Source: Fistulifera solaris
Taxonomy: Eukaryota
Assembly: GCA_030295235.1 (NCBI GenBank)
Contig: AP026146.1
Location: forward strand, 248,001 to 312,000
Direction: 5' to 3'
Length of the DNA stretch: 64,000 bases
This document shows, in pieces, positions 48,800 through 60,833 of the stretch; the first letter of the stretch is position 1, and the number at the start of each line of letters is the position of its first letter. The notes below the pieces were generated by a model. That model saw only the letters and a program-made list of their open reading frames with translations. It searched no databases and was not told the DNA's origin. Position numbers and translations under genes: made by a program.

Positions 48800-49807
48800 T
48801 TAAAAATGATCTATAGCTATAGCGGTTCGATTTTTGGTGACAAAAACTGTGTCCTCTGCTCCGCTTCCTTCTGATGTAGGCCGAACAACGGAAGACGCTG
48901 GTTGGACGGAGAAATGAACTAGTAGATTGTCAATTTGTTGTGTGCATGCAAAAGATTGTTCCGTCACTTTTATTTGCACTCGCTTCGATCGTTCGGCTTG
49001 TGACTTGCCCTCTCTGACCTTTTTTGTTTGATACGTGCTCCGCACATCCATGGCCAGAACTTCACAAATACAGGCAGCAAGATGCTCAAAACCTTCGTCG
49101 TCAGATTCACCAAAGGATCTACCGTAAAACTTGGTCTTTCCCTCTTTCAGAATCCTTCGTAATGAATCACGTGCAGTGTCGGATAGTTCCACGGGTCGTT
49201 TCGTAGCCAAGCCCCCGGATACCCAACTCGGAACGCGGGCTACCTCGTCGATCGGGGAATCGTAAGCTGCGACGTACGGCTTGATGTCCAAGACAGGAGT
49301 TCCATCTACTAGATCCAAACCGGAAAGTTCCAAGCTCACCGAGTTATTCTCAGCAATGATAATTTTGTCCAGTCGAGCCAAAGTGATACCGACTGGATTG
49401 AATCGATGCGGCGATCGCGTGGCGAGGACGCCCACTTTGCGTCCTCCCAAGGCGGGCGGAGCAATTTTGACACCCTTGTGTGGCGTATTCAAATGAAAGA
49501 CAAAAACAATCCAGACATACGAATACTCAGATAGCCCTTCCACGGCATGAGCATAGTTCAGACGCAATCTTCCGCGTGCGTGAGGCGCAAGCAGGCCTTG
49601 ACGCGGCGTCCCGACACATAACCGATAAATTGACTCAATTTTCCCGATCGATTCTACAACTAGTTTGCCATTCTTGATTTCATCATCCACCGTCCTTCTT
49701 GTAGTTGTTTTTCTATACTTCTTCCGCAAAATCGCTGCCGCGATTGTTGCAATCGATGCTCCTCCCAAGAGAAGTATAAGTGGCGGAAACTTGTTGCGAA
49801 ACGTCAT
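48800..49807 (-). CDS. TRMO: tRNA m6t6A37 methyltransferase (TrmO/TsaA) with an N-terminal hydrophobic anchor
   Basis: GTPRQG, GVLATRSPHRFNPVG and LDLVDGTPVLDIKPY motifs; the true stop may be 48817 if the run at 48831-48835 carries an extra base. Confidence 0.9.
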   Translation of the reverse strand: MTFRNKFPPLILLLGGASIATIAAAILRKKYRKTTTRRTVDDEIKNGKLVVESIGKIESIYRLCVGTPRQGLLAPHARGRLRLNYAHAVEGLSEYSYVWIVFVFHLNTPHKGVKIAPPALGGRKVGVLATRSPHRFNPVGITLARLDKIIIAENNSVSLELSGLDLVDGTPVLDIKPYVAAYDSPIDEVARVPSWVSGGLATKRPVELSDTARDSLRRILKEGKTKFYGRSFGESDDEGFEHLAACICEVLAMDVRSTYQTKKVREGKSQAERSKRVQIKVTEQSFACTQQIDNLLVHFSVQPASSVVRPTSEGSGAEDTVFVTKNRTAIAIDHF

Positions 49808-50243
49808 GCTTTTTTGTCCTAGTAATAGTACGGTCTCTCCCTCAATAAAGTTCTCCGAGAACTATATGGCTTTCTTGTTGCAGTGAGAGTTTGTTGTGGT
49901 ATTTAAAACTAACTACAAGGTATTAATCGTCTCGACACCATGAATTTTTTATTTCTCTTGATTACTCCAACATGGTGTCGGATGCATTAGGGACTGAAGG
50001 ACTGTAGACTGGGGACTTAACCGGCACTAAATACTCGCCAACTGTTATTGAATTTACTAAGTAAGAGTATTTTTCCTCTAATTATTCACATGTAAGACAT
50101 CGTTGTTTAGAGCACAAATCGCTAACTGCTGTCGTCCGGTACTCAAAGGAGGATGCGTTTTTGACGACCAAAGCAAATTTTCTGAGACTTGACACATTTG
50201 TCGAATTATTCCACATCCTTTGTGTTCATCGACGCGTATCACC

Positions 50244-50960
50244 ATGGTGGCTGATCCGTACAAGACGTTGGGCTTGCCACACACGGCAACACCCGCTCAA
50301 ATCAAAAAGTCTTATCATGCCTTGGCACGAAAATATCACCCAGATCGCTTACAGCCCAATCTAAAAGCTACATCGGAAGTAGACTTTGCGAAGATAGCCG
50401 AAGCATACATCTTGCTCAGCGATCCTCAACGAAAAGCGCAATACGATCACATTTACCAATATGGCGGGTATGACGACGACGACAAGTCCAGACCCGATAA
50501 CTCATTTCCCAGAAAGAAGCGATCCCGGAAAGGCGTCGGATATGCCTGCAACGACCCTTTGTTTACCTATCTGTTTTCCCAGGGCAAAGTGTATTCGACA
50601 CGCGCTGTAGCGGGGATAGAGTTTCCCAGTCGCTTGGCTATGAATCAGGTGCGATGGGCATTTTCGTCGGAACAGGTGTGGAACGTAGAACCCGAAACGC
50701 GAATTTACCAAAGTCAAACGATTCATTATGAAAGAGGTCAACAATACACGCGCACAAAGAAGACTATACTGCACAAAGATGGACGACGAGAAGTGATTTT
50801 GATCGACAAGGATGAACAGGGACATTCGAAGAAAAAATACTATATTTTGAATGGCAAACCGATGGTTGATCGCGATTCTACTTGGTACAACAATACGTGG
50901 CAAGAAGTCAAAGAATCGTTTTTGATGTGTTACGCGCCTTGTACAGCGGTAACGAATTGA
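50244..50960 (+). CDS. DnaJ (J-domain) protein
   Basis: DPYKTLGL...IKKSYHALARKYHPDR...AYILLSDPQRKAQYD. Confidence 0.9.
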   Translation: MVADPYKTLGLPHTATPAQIKKSYHALARKYHPDRLQPNLKATSEVDFAKIAEAYILLSDPQRKAQYDHIYQYGGYDDDDKSRPDNSFPRKKRSRKGVGYACNDPLFTYLFSQGKVYSTRAVAGIEFPSRLAMNQVRWAFSSEQVWNVEPETRIYQSQTIHYERGQQYTRTKKTILHKDGRREVILIDKDEQGHSKKKYYILNGKPMVDRDSTWYNNTWQEVKESFLMCYAPCTAVTN

Positions 50961-51785
50961 TTTGTTAGGTCGCACGCTTAATCCGTATGGATCGTCCCCG
51001 TGTAAGAAGCTAGCTGCATGTAATAATCACCGGTTTTGAGAAAACTCGTTTTTGTGTCAAATCAAAGGCTACGAAGTATGATCTATTCGTTAGAGTGATT
51101 CGAAATACTAAGCTATTAGCTCGATTGGTTTGGGGAGAGATATCCCCACGAAAATGTAGAGCGTGGCTCTGCTTTCCTCTTCACCTTTGCGAGGTTTGTT
51201 ATGTAGAAATGTCTCCTCAGGTTTTTCTGGGTTTAAAAAATGGCTAGAATTTATTGAACTTACGTCCTATCCCTACAAGAGAACCGAGACACCAAGACAA
51301 GTTGGCGAACCAAATTGCCAGGTCACTGGTTAGCAAGGGGGCTTCTGTCTGATTCAGACACGACCGGGGACCACCAATCGTCTCAAGACTCTCATCTACG
51401 GCATTGAACGCCAAGAACGAACAGTCAGAACTGAGCGGTCAAAAGCACAGCCAACAACAGTGATACCACCGATTATATTATACGTTCTCTATGGTTGCCA
51501 AGATTTGCAACTAGTACGTACTTGCTCACTAGTTCGACAAGTGCCGAGTGCCGAGACTGCTAAGCGGTCAAGTCGAGTCAAGTAATTATTACACAGTGAG
51601 GAAATCCGCTTAGCTCGTGACTCATGACTCATAACTCATAACTGAGAACTGAAAATCCAATAGAGCCAACCATTATCCTTAATGGATAATTTCATTTCGA
51701 ACGAAAAAGTTGCCGCCGTCGCGCTATTATTTCGCATTATAACAAGAAATGGGGAAATCCTTTCATTAACTATAATAATATTACA

Positions 51786-53639
51786 ATGCAAGTTGACGAG
51801 AAGCGATATTCACAAGTGATATTTCAGAAACAGTCCGGTGAACTGGTGCTCAATGAAACGGGTTTACAATTCGGAACTTGGCAGATATCGTGGACTCAAC
51901 TTGTCAAGCATCAAGTGAGTCCAGCCTCGTATCCCAAAGCTTTATTGAAGCTGGTATTACAAGGAGAAACAATTGCGACATTCCAATTTATCAATCGAAC
52001 CGACTTGGAACGAATCCGCAAAGAAATATCGTTTCATTTGCAGCAGCGTTCGAAGAAACGCCCGCACAGTGAACTAGCGACCGTCACGTACGGCGCTCCT
52101 CTCGATTCTACCGCAACCGCCGTCACACGAGCGTCTCTGCTAGCGGCGCATCCTTCGTTACGACAACAACATGCTTATCTGGTACAAGAGACACGTACAT
52201 TGACGGAAGATGAATTTTGGGAAACGCATCAACACTTGCTGCAAGAAGAGCATGCGCGAATTTCCGGCTTGGCGCAAGCAGGCAGGAGTTCCTTTATGCA
52301 ATCGCGCTTGCCGACATCGGGTCGGATTACCTTGGGCGTCGAAGAAATGCGACAAATTTTTATTCTGTATCCGGCCGTGCACAAGGCGTACGAAGAAAAA
52401 GTACCACTAGAGTTGTCCGATGAACAGTTTTGGAGAAAATACCTCGAATCCGAATATTTTCATAGAGATCGTGGACGCCTTGGAACTGTGGCTCGGAATC
52501 ACGCCAATGGAGAGGAAACAAACAAAACCACCAAGAATGGAAAAAAGCCCAGCGGGCCGTCGATGGAAGAGCAAGATGCTCGTGCGGCAGCTGTTGGCAC
52601 GGATGATTTCTTCTCTCGATATGCACAAAAATTACAACAAGAGCAAAAGCCGCTCGATCATAACAAAGTAGGTCGTCGTTTGGCCACCGGTCAGTTCGAT
52701 TTGGCTTCGACGCTCGAAACAGAACGAGGACACTTGTTACAAGGACCTAAAGACAATCATCCTGGCAATGTTCACGACGATGAGAAAGGCGCCCGCGTGA
52801 TTGCCAAATACAACCGACACTGGGCTATGGTTTTGCATCCTGACGATGCGGTTGCCGGTGCCGATCTTTTGAATGTGGCGCGACAAAGCCCGCTCCAAGT
52901 GTTGCCAGACGATGAAGATGCGAAATGGGGCGGAGGCGTACACAAAGAAATGCAGCGACTGGTAGGATTTGCGGAAGCTACCGAAGAGGAGGCAAATCAC
53001 GCGGATTGCAGAAAGGCCGACGATGCCTATGAGCCCCTCTCGCTCAAGAATGTAGAGGCTTATTATTCCTTCAAACAACCAGCAAATAATACTACTACAG
53101 AAACATCAGAAGAGGCTAATGAACGTTACAAAGTGTTTGCCAACACGATTTTAGGGAATGTGAACGCACTGGTCCAAGAACTTGTTGCCGACGAAACAAA
53201 ACTATCCGAACTTCCGCCAACCTGCTTTCCTCCGCCGAAACTGGGACGCGAATTGCTTTCGGCGCTCACCAAGAAGATGGCGGCCGACGCGCGTACCGAT
53301 TCGGCGTCTCTCGCCATGGTGGAACAGCTTCCTTCAGAATTCCGAGAAAAGCTGCAAATCTACTTTCGTCGTTGCTCCGAACTTTTGCGGCACTTTTTTG
53401 CCTTGCGTCAGATGAAGAACAGTGGCGAGAAATTAGCTCGTATTGTGCTGGGGATGGAGACCTTTTACCGAGAACTGGATACGATGCGGAAGGGATTTCC
53501 TCATACGGATGCCGGAAACATGATGCAGAAGATGTGCCTGCCTCTCATGGACCAGCTGGATTGGGCGTTTAAGCTGCATCGAGAAGGCAGCGGCGGTGGT
53601 GGAGGTGGTGGTTTTGTGACAGTGGAAGAAATTTACTAG
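51786..53639 (+). CDS. GTF2H1: TFIIH subunit p62/Tfb1 (PH-like plus BSD domains)
   Basis: N-terminal HQVSP...KALLKL; BSD motifs LTEDEFW and IFILYPAVHKAYEEKVPLELSDEQFWRKYLESEYF; ELLRHFF. Confidence 0.85.
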   Translation: MQVDEKRYSQVIFQKQSGELVLNETGLQFGTWQISWTQLVKHQVSPASYPKALLKLVLQGETIATFQFINRTDLERIRKEISFHLQQRSKKRPHSELATVTYGAPLDSTATAVTRASLLAAHPSLRQQHAYLVQETRTLTEDEFWETHQHLLQEEHARISGLAQAGRSSFMQSRLPTSGRITLGVEEMRQIFILYPAVHKAYEEKVPLELSDEQFWRKYLESEYFHRDRGRLGTVARNHANGEETNKTTKNGKKPSGPSMEEQDARAAAVGTDDFFSRYAQKLQQEQKPLDHNKVGRRLATGQFDLASTLETERGHLLQGPKDNHPGNVHDDEKGARVIAKYNRHWAMVLHPDDAVAGADLLNVARQSPLQVLPDDEDAKWGGGVHKEMQRLVGFAEATEEEANHADCRKADDAYEPLSLKNVEAYYSFKQPANNTTTETSEEANERYKVFANTILGNVNALVQELVADETKLSELPPTCFPPPKLGRELLSALTKKMAADARTDSASLAMVEQLPSEFREKLQIYFRRCSELLRHFFALRQMKNSGEKLARIVLGMETFYRELDTMRKGFPHTDAGNMMQKMCLPLMDQLDWAFKLHREGSGGGGGGGFVTVEEIY

Positions 53640-54023
53640 TGTCGCATCCTAACGAATAGCATCATCGTTAACACCTATTCGTTCCCTACCAGGTACCGGT
53701 ACTCCGAACTCCGAAGTCGCATCTCTCTACTGGTACTGCGAATTTTTAAGGTTTATAATAACCTTGATCCATTCATTAGCCTGTAACCTTACTGCGGTAT
53801 ATTATTCTGCGGTCATTCGGCGCCATCTATGTCTCTTCGTAGCGGTACTCACGGCCAACTAAAAAACTCAACGCTCGTCTCGTAAGCCGCGCTCATCGGC
53901 AATAAAAAGTCCTCATGGTGATGATACTGGTAGCAGAGCAACGGCATTTTTATTTAGAAGAGACGCTCCTTCACCTGTCACAACAACAGCTTCCTATTGA
54001 CTCTTTGATTTGAACGAAAGACA

Positions 54024-57000
54024 ATGGAAGCCCGAGGACCAGAAGATAACGATGACGCGATTCGTTTTGAAGATTTAACGGTCGATGATGATCTCCCCAT
54101 TTTAGAACGCATCGTCCGCTACACGGGCAGTCAAATTGCTTTACAACGTTTAGTACACGTCAAAATGTTGGCGGAAACGGCACAACTGGCGGGGTAAGTC
54201 GTGGGGTACCTTGTGCGTTTGGGGTTGCTGGCGTCTCTTTCTCATTCACTTTTTCTTCTAGCCGCGTTCCCACACAAAAAGTATTGATCCCCATGCTCGA
54301 AAATTTGTTAAATGATGCCGAATCGGTCATTCGACAGCACATTGCGGGACAATTATTGCAACTAAGTATGATCGCCATGATCGAAGAACCTCCCCACAAA
54401 GTAGATTGGGAAGAATTTGTACATCGACCTCTTCCGAAGGACACGAAAATCAACAAGGAAGGATACCAAACTGTGTTGGAGCACGTCATACCCTATTTGC
54501 GCGTCTTTCTATCGGACACCGAAGTCGATGTCCGTCGTGCGGCTTCCGATTGTCTCGCTGGATTAGCGTTGCATTTAAAACCAGCCCATGTGACCGAATT
54601 TTGTTTGCCCATTGCCCTGGAATTGGCAAACGAAAAGCCTCATCAACCCAGTAGCACCAAGAAACGGACCGAAGCCGAACAGCGCATGGAAGAATTGCGG
54701 ACGACGGCTTGCAACTTGTTGGCCGAAATGGGTGGAGCCGCCAGTGAGTATCCCGAATCGCGAGAGCGGGCGTCGGCGTGGGTGCACGCGCACGTCTTGC
54801 CTGCCGTTTTAGAATTGTGTCAAGACGATGGTTTTCGGGTCCGACGATCGGCGGCACAGAGCGCTTCCGCGGGTCATGGGTGCCGCGTCTTTTGAGGCGG
54901 TTCGGGATCAGATCGTTCCGGCATTTGAAGCGCTGAGTCAAGATGAAGCTCACCGGGTTCGTAAATCCACAGGCGAATGTTTGGTCGATATGTCGCGAGC
55001 ACTGATGATCTTGGCGGCGGCGGAACCGGAGCATGCGGAAGATTTATTGCATTTGCGAAGGGATGTGTTACTACCGATTGCGGATCGACTCATTCAGGAT
55101 GGACAAAAACAAGTTCGTCAGGGGATGATGCAATTTCTTGGTCCTTTTATGGCTTCTTTTTATCCGTATCAAACATCGGCTTTAGCAAGAGTGTTACCGA
55201 CCACTACAGAGTCTGATGGATCGCATCATTTAGGTGTAGTGGCACAGTTCTTTCCCCACGCGAGTAGCATGGTGGCCCGCTTGAATTCGTCGCAGAATTC
55301 GATTTTGTTGACGCCGACACCGGTTCATTCCAGTACCGATCCATTCTTTCCGCGACCACTCACAGAAATGGAAAGGTTACGGAAATCGTTGCCCGAATAC
55401 TTCTATGCCAGTCAAATATCGAGCCTCTCTTCTCATGCGGTGGTGTGGGATCGCACCCGAAATCCTCCTGCTCCGGCTGATTTGCAAGCCATCTCGGAAA
55501 TATTGCTGGATTATTTTGCCGCACTATCAGTCGTTAGTACCGGTGACGAAAATACGGATGCAGAAATGCGAGTATATTGCGCCTATTCCTTTCCAGCATT
55601 AGTCTTACTTCTCGGTCCTGATAATTGGGACGGCAGCTTGCGCACATGTTTTTTCACTCTACTAAATCCTCTATACGGGCAAGAGACAAACGACGATGAC
55701 GACGTACTGGAGCCACCCTTACCAGTGAAGCGTTGTCTGGCCAGCTCTCTACACACAGTGGCGCATGTTCTGGGCCCCGCCTTGGCGGCGCGTGATATCG
55801 TTCCCGCTATTTCCGAATTCTTTTTGCCAGATGGCGATGAATCCGTGCGACTTAATATTATTCGAAATTTTGCTTCCATGATGCAAGCTCTAAACCAACA
55901 AGATCGCGAGGGTCCATTCTTGGTATGGAGTGAAATCATTCAAGGAGAATCGTTTCTAGGTGGTCGCAAACGGAGTGCAAGCAACCCAGTTGTATTGAAT
56001 TGGAGACAACGCAACTATTTGGCACGGAGTTTACCGGAAATAATAATGCTGGTGAACCCGAAGTTAGTGCGAGAACACATTTGGCCCATTCTGAAAGTGC
56101 TTTTGACGGACATGGTGAATGATGTGCGCGAAGACGCTTTATGGAGCATAAGTTTGATCGTGCAACGATGCATGTGTGCAGAAACGATAAATAAATGGGG
56201 TGGCGTTGAAAATCCTGAAAAGTTTGCCAAAGAGTTTTTCTCCGAAATGATCACTTGGATTTTCGCCAACATCCTTTCCAACCCTCCTTCTCCTATAACA
56301 GGGAAAACACGACCATCCAATTTTAGCGATCGGCAAATATTTTGTCGGATATGTGGCAGCCTTGGGTTAGCGTTGCGGTTGGCCAACCAAGATACTGCCA
56401 CCACACAGGATAATGTGAAAACTCTGAGGCGGACACTGAAATCCCTGTTCCCGGACGCAAAAATGCCTGTGTTTTGTTACGAATCCATGACAACCGCTGA
56501 ACAAAAGGTTATTCAGACAATGCTTGTAGACAACTTACTGCCGCGTTCGTTGATGATGAAAGATGATAGGACCAGCAACGTGCGTATTACCTTAATGAAA
56601 GTTTTGCAAATCATGCCCAAGGATATCAGATTATCGAAGGCGGTGAAATCTGTTTTGAAGGAGCTAGAAGACGAATGGGAAACGTGGACGAGTTTCGGGG
56701 AGGAATTGGAAAACGACGACGAGAGCAACCAAAAGTACACACCAGTCCCAAAAAATAAACGAGAAGCACAACAAGATCAGCAGGATTCGAGCACCGATAC
56801 GAATGAAGAAACGGAGATACCACGAGAAATTCGAACAGTGGTCTTCGAAGACGGCCCAATTGGGATGCAACTGGAACCAACCAAAGGTGACAAAGCCTGC
56901 AGAATATACGGCTTCAATGACTTCGGTGACGAGCTCAGTCCTGCACATGCTTCAGGACTCATTGAAATCGGAGACGTCATTGTCAGCGTGAATGGAACGA

Positions 57001-57407
57001 TTGTCCAATCTTATGATGAGACTATTGAGTTACTGAAGTCCGGTGGGAAACGAATAGTATGTTTCCGTACGGGGTCAGAAGCCGAGCGTTATGTTTCTGA
57101 TGAAGGTTCCATCGATGAAGAGGAAGAAGAGAGACGTCTGAGAAAAGCGAAAAAGGAAAGTAAGAAATCGAAGAAACCTAAAAAAGAAAAGCACGATTCC
57201 GAAAGCGGAGATAAGCGTGGAAAAACTAAAACTCGTGAAACGGTCTCTTCGCCCAATGATGAAGCCTCGGCCGCATCGGGTTCCTCCATTGGCGTGGATG
57301 CTGAATCCAACGATATCACCGATGACAAGGACAAGAAGTCTAAAAAGTCCAAGAAGGAGAAGAAGGAAAAGAAAGAAAAGAAAGAACACAAAACCAAGCA
57401 AAAATAG
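54024..57407 (+). CDS. HEAT-repeat PP4R1/PP2A-A-like regulatory subunit with a C-terminal PDZ domain and Lys-rich tail
   Basis: Exon 1 54024-54193, intron 54194-54261, frameshift ~54859. Motifs CAYSFPALVLLLG, LASSLHTVAHVLG, NWRQR and D.VNDVR; PDZ segment FEDGPIGMQL...SGLIEIGDVIVSVNG. Confidence 0.82.
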
Positions 57408-57583
57408 GTTGCAATAACACGAAAATAAGTAAACTTTTTTGTTGCTAGTTACAAGCAGTACGAAGAACCGTATAGTAGAGTCTTATAAAATCGAATGTAG
57501 TTTGCTAAAATCCGATTGGATTACGGTTACGATGAGAATGCGGCCACTGTATACCAAGAAGTCCTGCTCGTTCCATTTGCTGC

Positions 57584-58572
57584 TCAGCATGTATGACAAA
57601 AAGAAAAGCCATTCGAACTTTCAGGTCCAGAGGGAACGACGCAGCCGCTTCGCAAGAACATTGCATCCGTTGTGCAGGAGTCGGGAATTTTATCCCTCCA
57701 GGCACATAGCGATTGATCGAACCATTTGGCGTTGTAAAACATGTACTTCATGACGGTGACCTTTGACACTTGCCACGAGCTTAAGTCATTATTAAACGCA
57801 ATTGCCGAGGAAAACATAGCTTCGATACTTGTCACTGCCGATGTGTCCCATGATGCAATGTCTTGGTTGAAGGAAGACGCGCCAGCAAAAGTATTTCTCA
57901 TAGAGGTTACTGCACCTGTGTTCCAAAAGCTCACGTCACTGTCAAAGCTAGTGGCCAACCGAAACATATCGTCCATATCAGTCACGTTTGCAGTGTTCCA
58001 GCTACCAAGATCTTGGTCAAAGGACGAGGCTTTGTTAAACATTCCTGACATGTCTTTTACGGAGCTGGTCGTCCACGATCCAATGTCTTTGTCGAACAGA
58101 GTGGCCCCCAGCAAACATGTTGGACATGTCTGTTACCGCTATTAAACGCAACGGCTTTTTCAAACATACTTTTCATACTAGTGGCGGAAGACGTATCCCA
58201 TCCACCAATTTCCTGGTCAAAAGCTCGCGCTTGTGCAAACATCTGGTTCATATTCTTCACGTTCGATACGTCCCATGAGCTGATGTTTTGATTGAACGAA
58301 AAAGCTTGAAAGAACATGCGCGACATGTCAGTCGCCGATGACACGTCCCAACCACTAATATCTTTATTGAACTCGATTAATCTTTCCATGATCAGGTCCT
58401 CGGCCGAAAAGATGGACGAAAAGTCCTTCACTTGTGAGACATCCCATTCCCCAATAGGAACCCATCCTCGTGGATTACGAGTGTAAAGTTGCACCGCAGT
58501 CCGAAGAGCAATTTTGGAACGGAAACTGGATGGCTTGCCAATGCATACATCTTCACAACATACACGGATCAT
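57584..58572 (-). pseudogene. DUF285/BspA-like (PARCEL) repeat surface protein, disrupted
   Basis: Tandem 25-aa repeats FNxDISxWDVSxxTxMxxMF. The frame is broken near 58105-58140 by a truncated repeat and an extra G; an upstream signal-like segment is out of frame. Confidence 0.7.
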
Positions 58573-59004
58573 GGTACAGCAGATTACAAGAAAAGTTGTG
58601 AGGAGGAGAACGATCCCTGGGCAGGAAGAAAAATCATGTTATGGATGCCATAATATCCCTTGAGTAAAATCCTATGGAAGAGGAGTCTCTCTTCGGATTG
58701 GAATCATTTTCTAGCAAACCTTTTCGACATGAGCATGTGTCAAAATTGTTTTCTCCTTACGAGTTTCTCTCGCGAAAAGGAAAAGTGAGTAAAAAAACAA
58801 TGAGTGCGAGCAAATCATGACCCAATGACCTGTCGTCACTTTAAAGATTATACTCCAAAGAAGACGGATTTCATTATTTGTGGTCACACGCCCTCTCGAT
58901 TCTATTTGTCGAAAGGTACCGGTAGCGCGGATCGCTCGAAGAAATCTTAACTGAATACTTTGTACAAAGTACTGTGTAGACTCAAAAGTGTCCAAGACTT
59001 TTTG

Positions 59005-59027
59005 CCACGACTGTATTTCAGTCATGA
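59005..59027. promoter_or_regulatory. 23-bp palindromic element
   Basis: CCACGACTG-TATTT-CAGTCATGA, ~120 bp upstream of the YJU2 ATG. Confidence 0.6.
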
Positions 59028-59147
59028 GGAGGTCACCAACACACGCAGATTTTTATTGCGACCTAAAGATAAAGCGACAATTTTCAAAGTAAAATAACAA
59101 TAGCATTTCATTTCTTAATTAATCGTGTGAAAAACTAGTATTGTAAA

Positions 59148-60062
59148 ATGGGAGAGCGCAAAGTTGTGGCAAAATACATTCCTCCGGACTTTGATCCGTC
59201 GCTGGTTCCACGGGGAAAGAAACTCTCTGCCAATGATGGGACGGTGCCGGTGCGCATGATGTTGCCGTTTTCCATTCAATGCAGCAATTGTCATACATTT
59301 TTGTACAAAGGTCGCAAGTTCAATTCGAAGAAAGAACCCATGGGAGGTCCCGATGGTGTTTATTTGGGTATTACGCGCTTTCGATTTTATATTAAATGTA
59401 CACACTGCGCGCGGCCGGTCACGTTTCTAACTGATCCGAAGAACGCGGATTATGAGATGGAGAGCGGAGGGACGCGGAACTTTGAGTACACAAAGGACAA
59501 GCAAGAGCAAGAAGCGAATGCTGAGGAGGAAGAGGAAGAAAAGAAAAAGCTAGATCCTCTGGCTGCTCTGGAATCTAGAGTTCTTGATTCGCAACGAGAA
59601 ATGGCAGAAATTGATCAACTGGAGGAAATTCGTGCATTAAACGCAAAGCACCTTAATTTACTCAAGCCGAAAAATGGAAATTTTGGAGATGAAACTCAGG
59701 CAGTTTTGAATGCTGTGCATTCTAGTGAGAAAGAGACTGTTAATCCCAACAAAGGATCCTTGGAATTGACCGCAGAAGAGGAAGAGCTTTTGAGATCTAT
59801 CAAATTCGGCAAGCAAGAAAACAAATTACGACGACTAGACGAAAGAGACGAGCAGCTGGCAGAAGAAAAGCGAAAGAGAGAGCTCGAACGAATAAGACAG
59901 AACGCCGCTGATAATCTGCAAAAGAAGCCCAAAATAAACGTAGTTGCGCGCAAGCGCAAAGCCCCATCAATCGAGTCGGACAACGTTGAGCAAGTAAAGT
60001 GCAAAAACCAAGGACTATCCTCTTTATTGAGCGATTACGGCTCTGAATCCGACTCTAATTGA
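59148..60062 (+). CDS. YJU2: Splicing factor YJU2/CCDC94 (CWC16)
   Basis: MGERKVVAKYIPPDFDP, VRMMLPFSIQCSNC, GRKFNSKKE, RFYIKC and TDPKNADYEMESGGTRN. Confidence 0.93.
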   Translation: MGERKVVAKYIPPDFDPSLVPRGKKLSANDGTVPVRMMLPFSIQCSNCHTFLYKGRKFNSKKEPMGGPDGVYLGITRFRFYIKCTHCARPVTFLTDPKNADYEMESGGTRNFEYTKDKQEQEANAEEEEEEKKKLDPLAALESRVLDSQREMAEIDQLEEIRALNAKHLNLLKPKNGNFGDETQAVLNAVHSSEKETVNPNKGSLELTAEEEELLRSIKFGKQENKLRRLDERDEQLAEEKRKRELERIRQNAADNLQKKPKINVVARKRKAPSIESDNVEQVKCKNQGLSSLLSDYGSESDSN

Positions 60063-60833
60063 GTTTCTTTAGTTGCCACTAATCGCTGCTGGCAATCTTA
60101 AATTCAGACTCGATGCCTCTGACACAAGGAAAACCAAGAGCAACAAGGAGAGCTTCTGGATACCCATTAGCATCTATAAATTGATTAATAATATTATATT
60201 TCCTGGCGAATTAACCAACCTTAGCAAACAAATAGATGCGGCTCATATCCTTCATGTGTCTCCATTCTCCATTAATGGGAAGGTGATCTGGTTGGGATTC
60301 TAATGAAGCAGGAGTTGACCGTGGCAATCGATACACTCTGTACCACACGGGATAACTGGTCGGAGGCAAACTCTTGACACGACTTCTTGAAGGAAACGAA
60401 ACGACGAAAGATTGGCGTGACTCCGATAAGTTGGAGATACGACTACCAGGTACATGTATAGCAGTTGCTGTTCGTGCAACCCTTTTCTCGGTATTGAAGG
60501 TGTCATAAAAATATATTTTGATTGGCTGTCTGGAGATGTGTTTTGACCTCTGATTTCTGATTGGTTTCCTTTCTTCGAATGCCAGCAGGAAAAGCTGTGC
60601 TTTCAGTATAAATTCTATTAGTACGCACGAGGCCTGAAGCTCACAGCCACAGAAATTGAAAACAACCTCCTGACCAGTCTACCGTAGCAGCGCCACTGGC
60701 CAACTTCATTCTACGAGAAACTCCGTACCATTGATTGTTTTTTTGTGCAACGTCAATTTTTGCTGGTGTCTCTGTAGCAAAATTCGTGATCACCCCCCTT
60801 TACCCTGAACATCTAGAGTAAAAGCCACCGTGA

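Noticed and set aside
21483..50960. Proteostasis gene cluster (Hsp90, Hsp20, WLM protease, DnaJ)
   Set aside because: The genes are spread over 30 kb among unrelated genes and target different compartments; I saw no convincing shared heat-shock element
60515..60615. CCAAT (ATTGG twice) and TATAAA boxes upstream of the 60834 gene
   Set aside because: Plausible, but these short motifs are expected by chance and there is no TSS evidence
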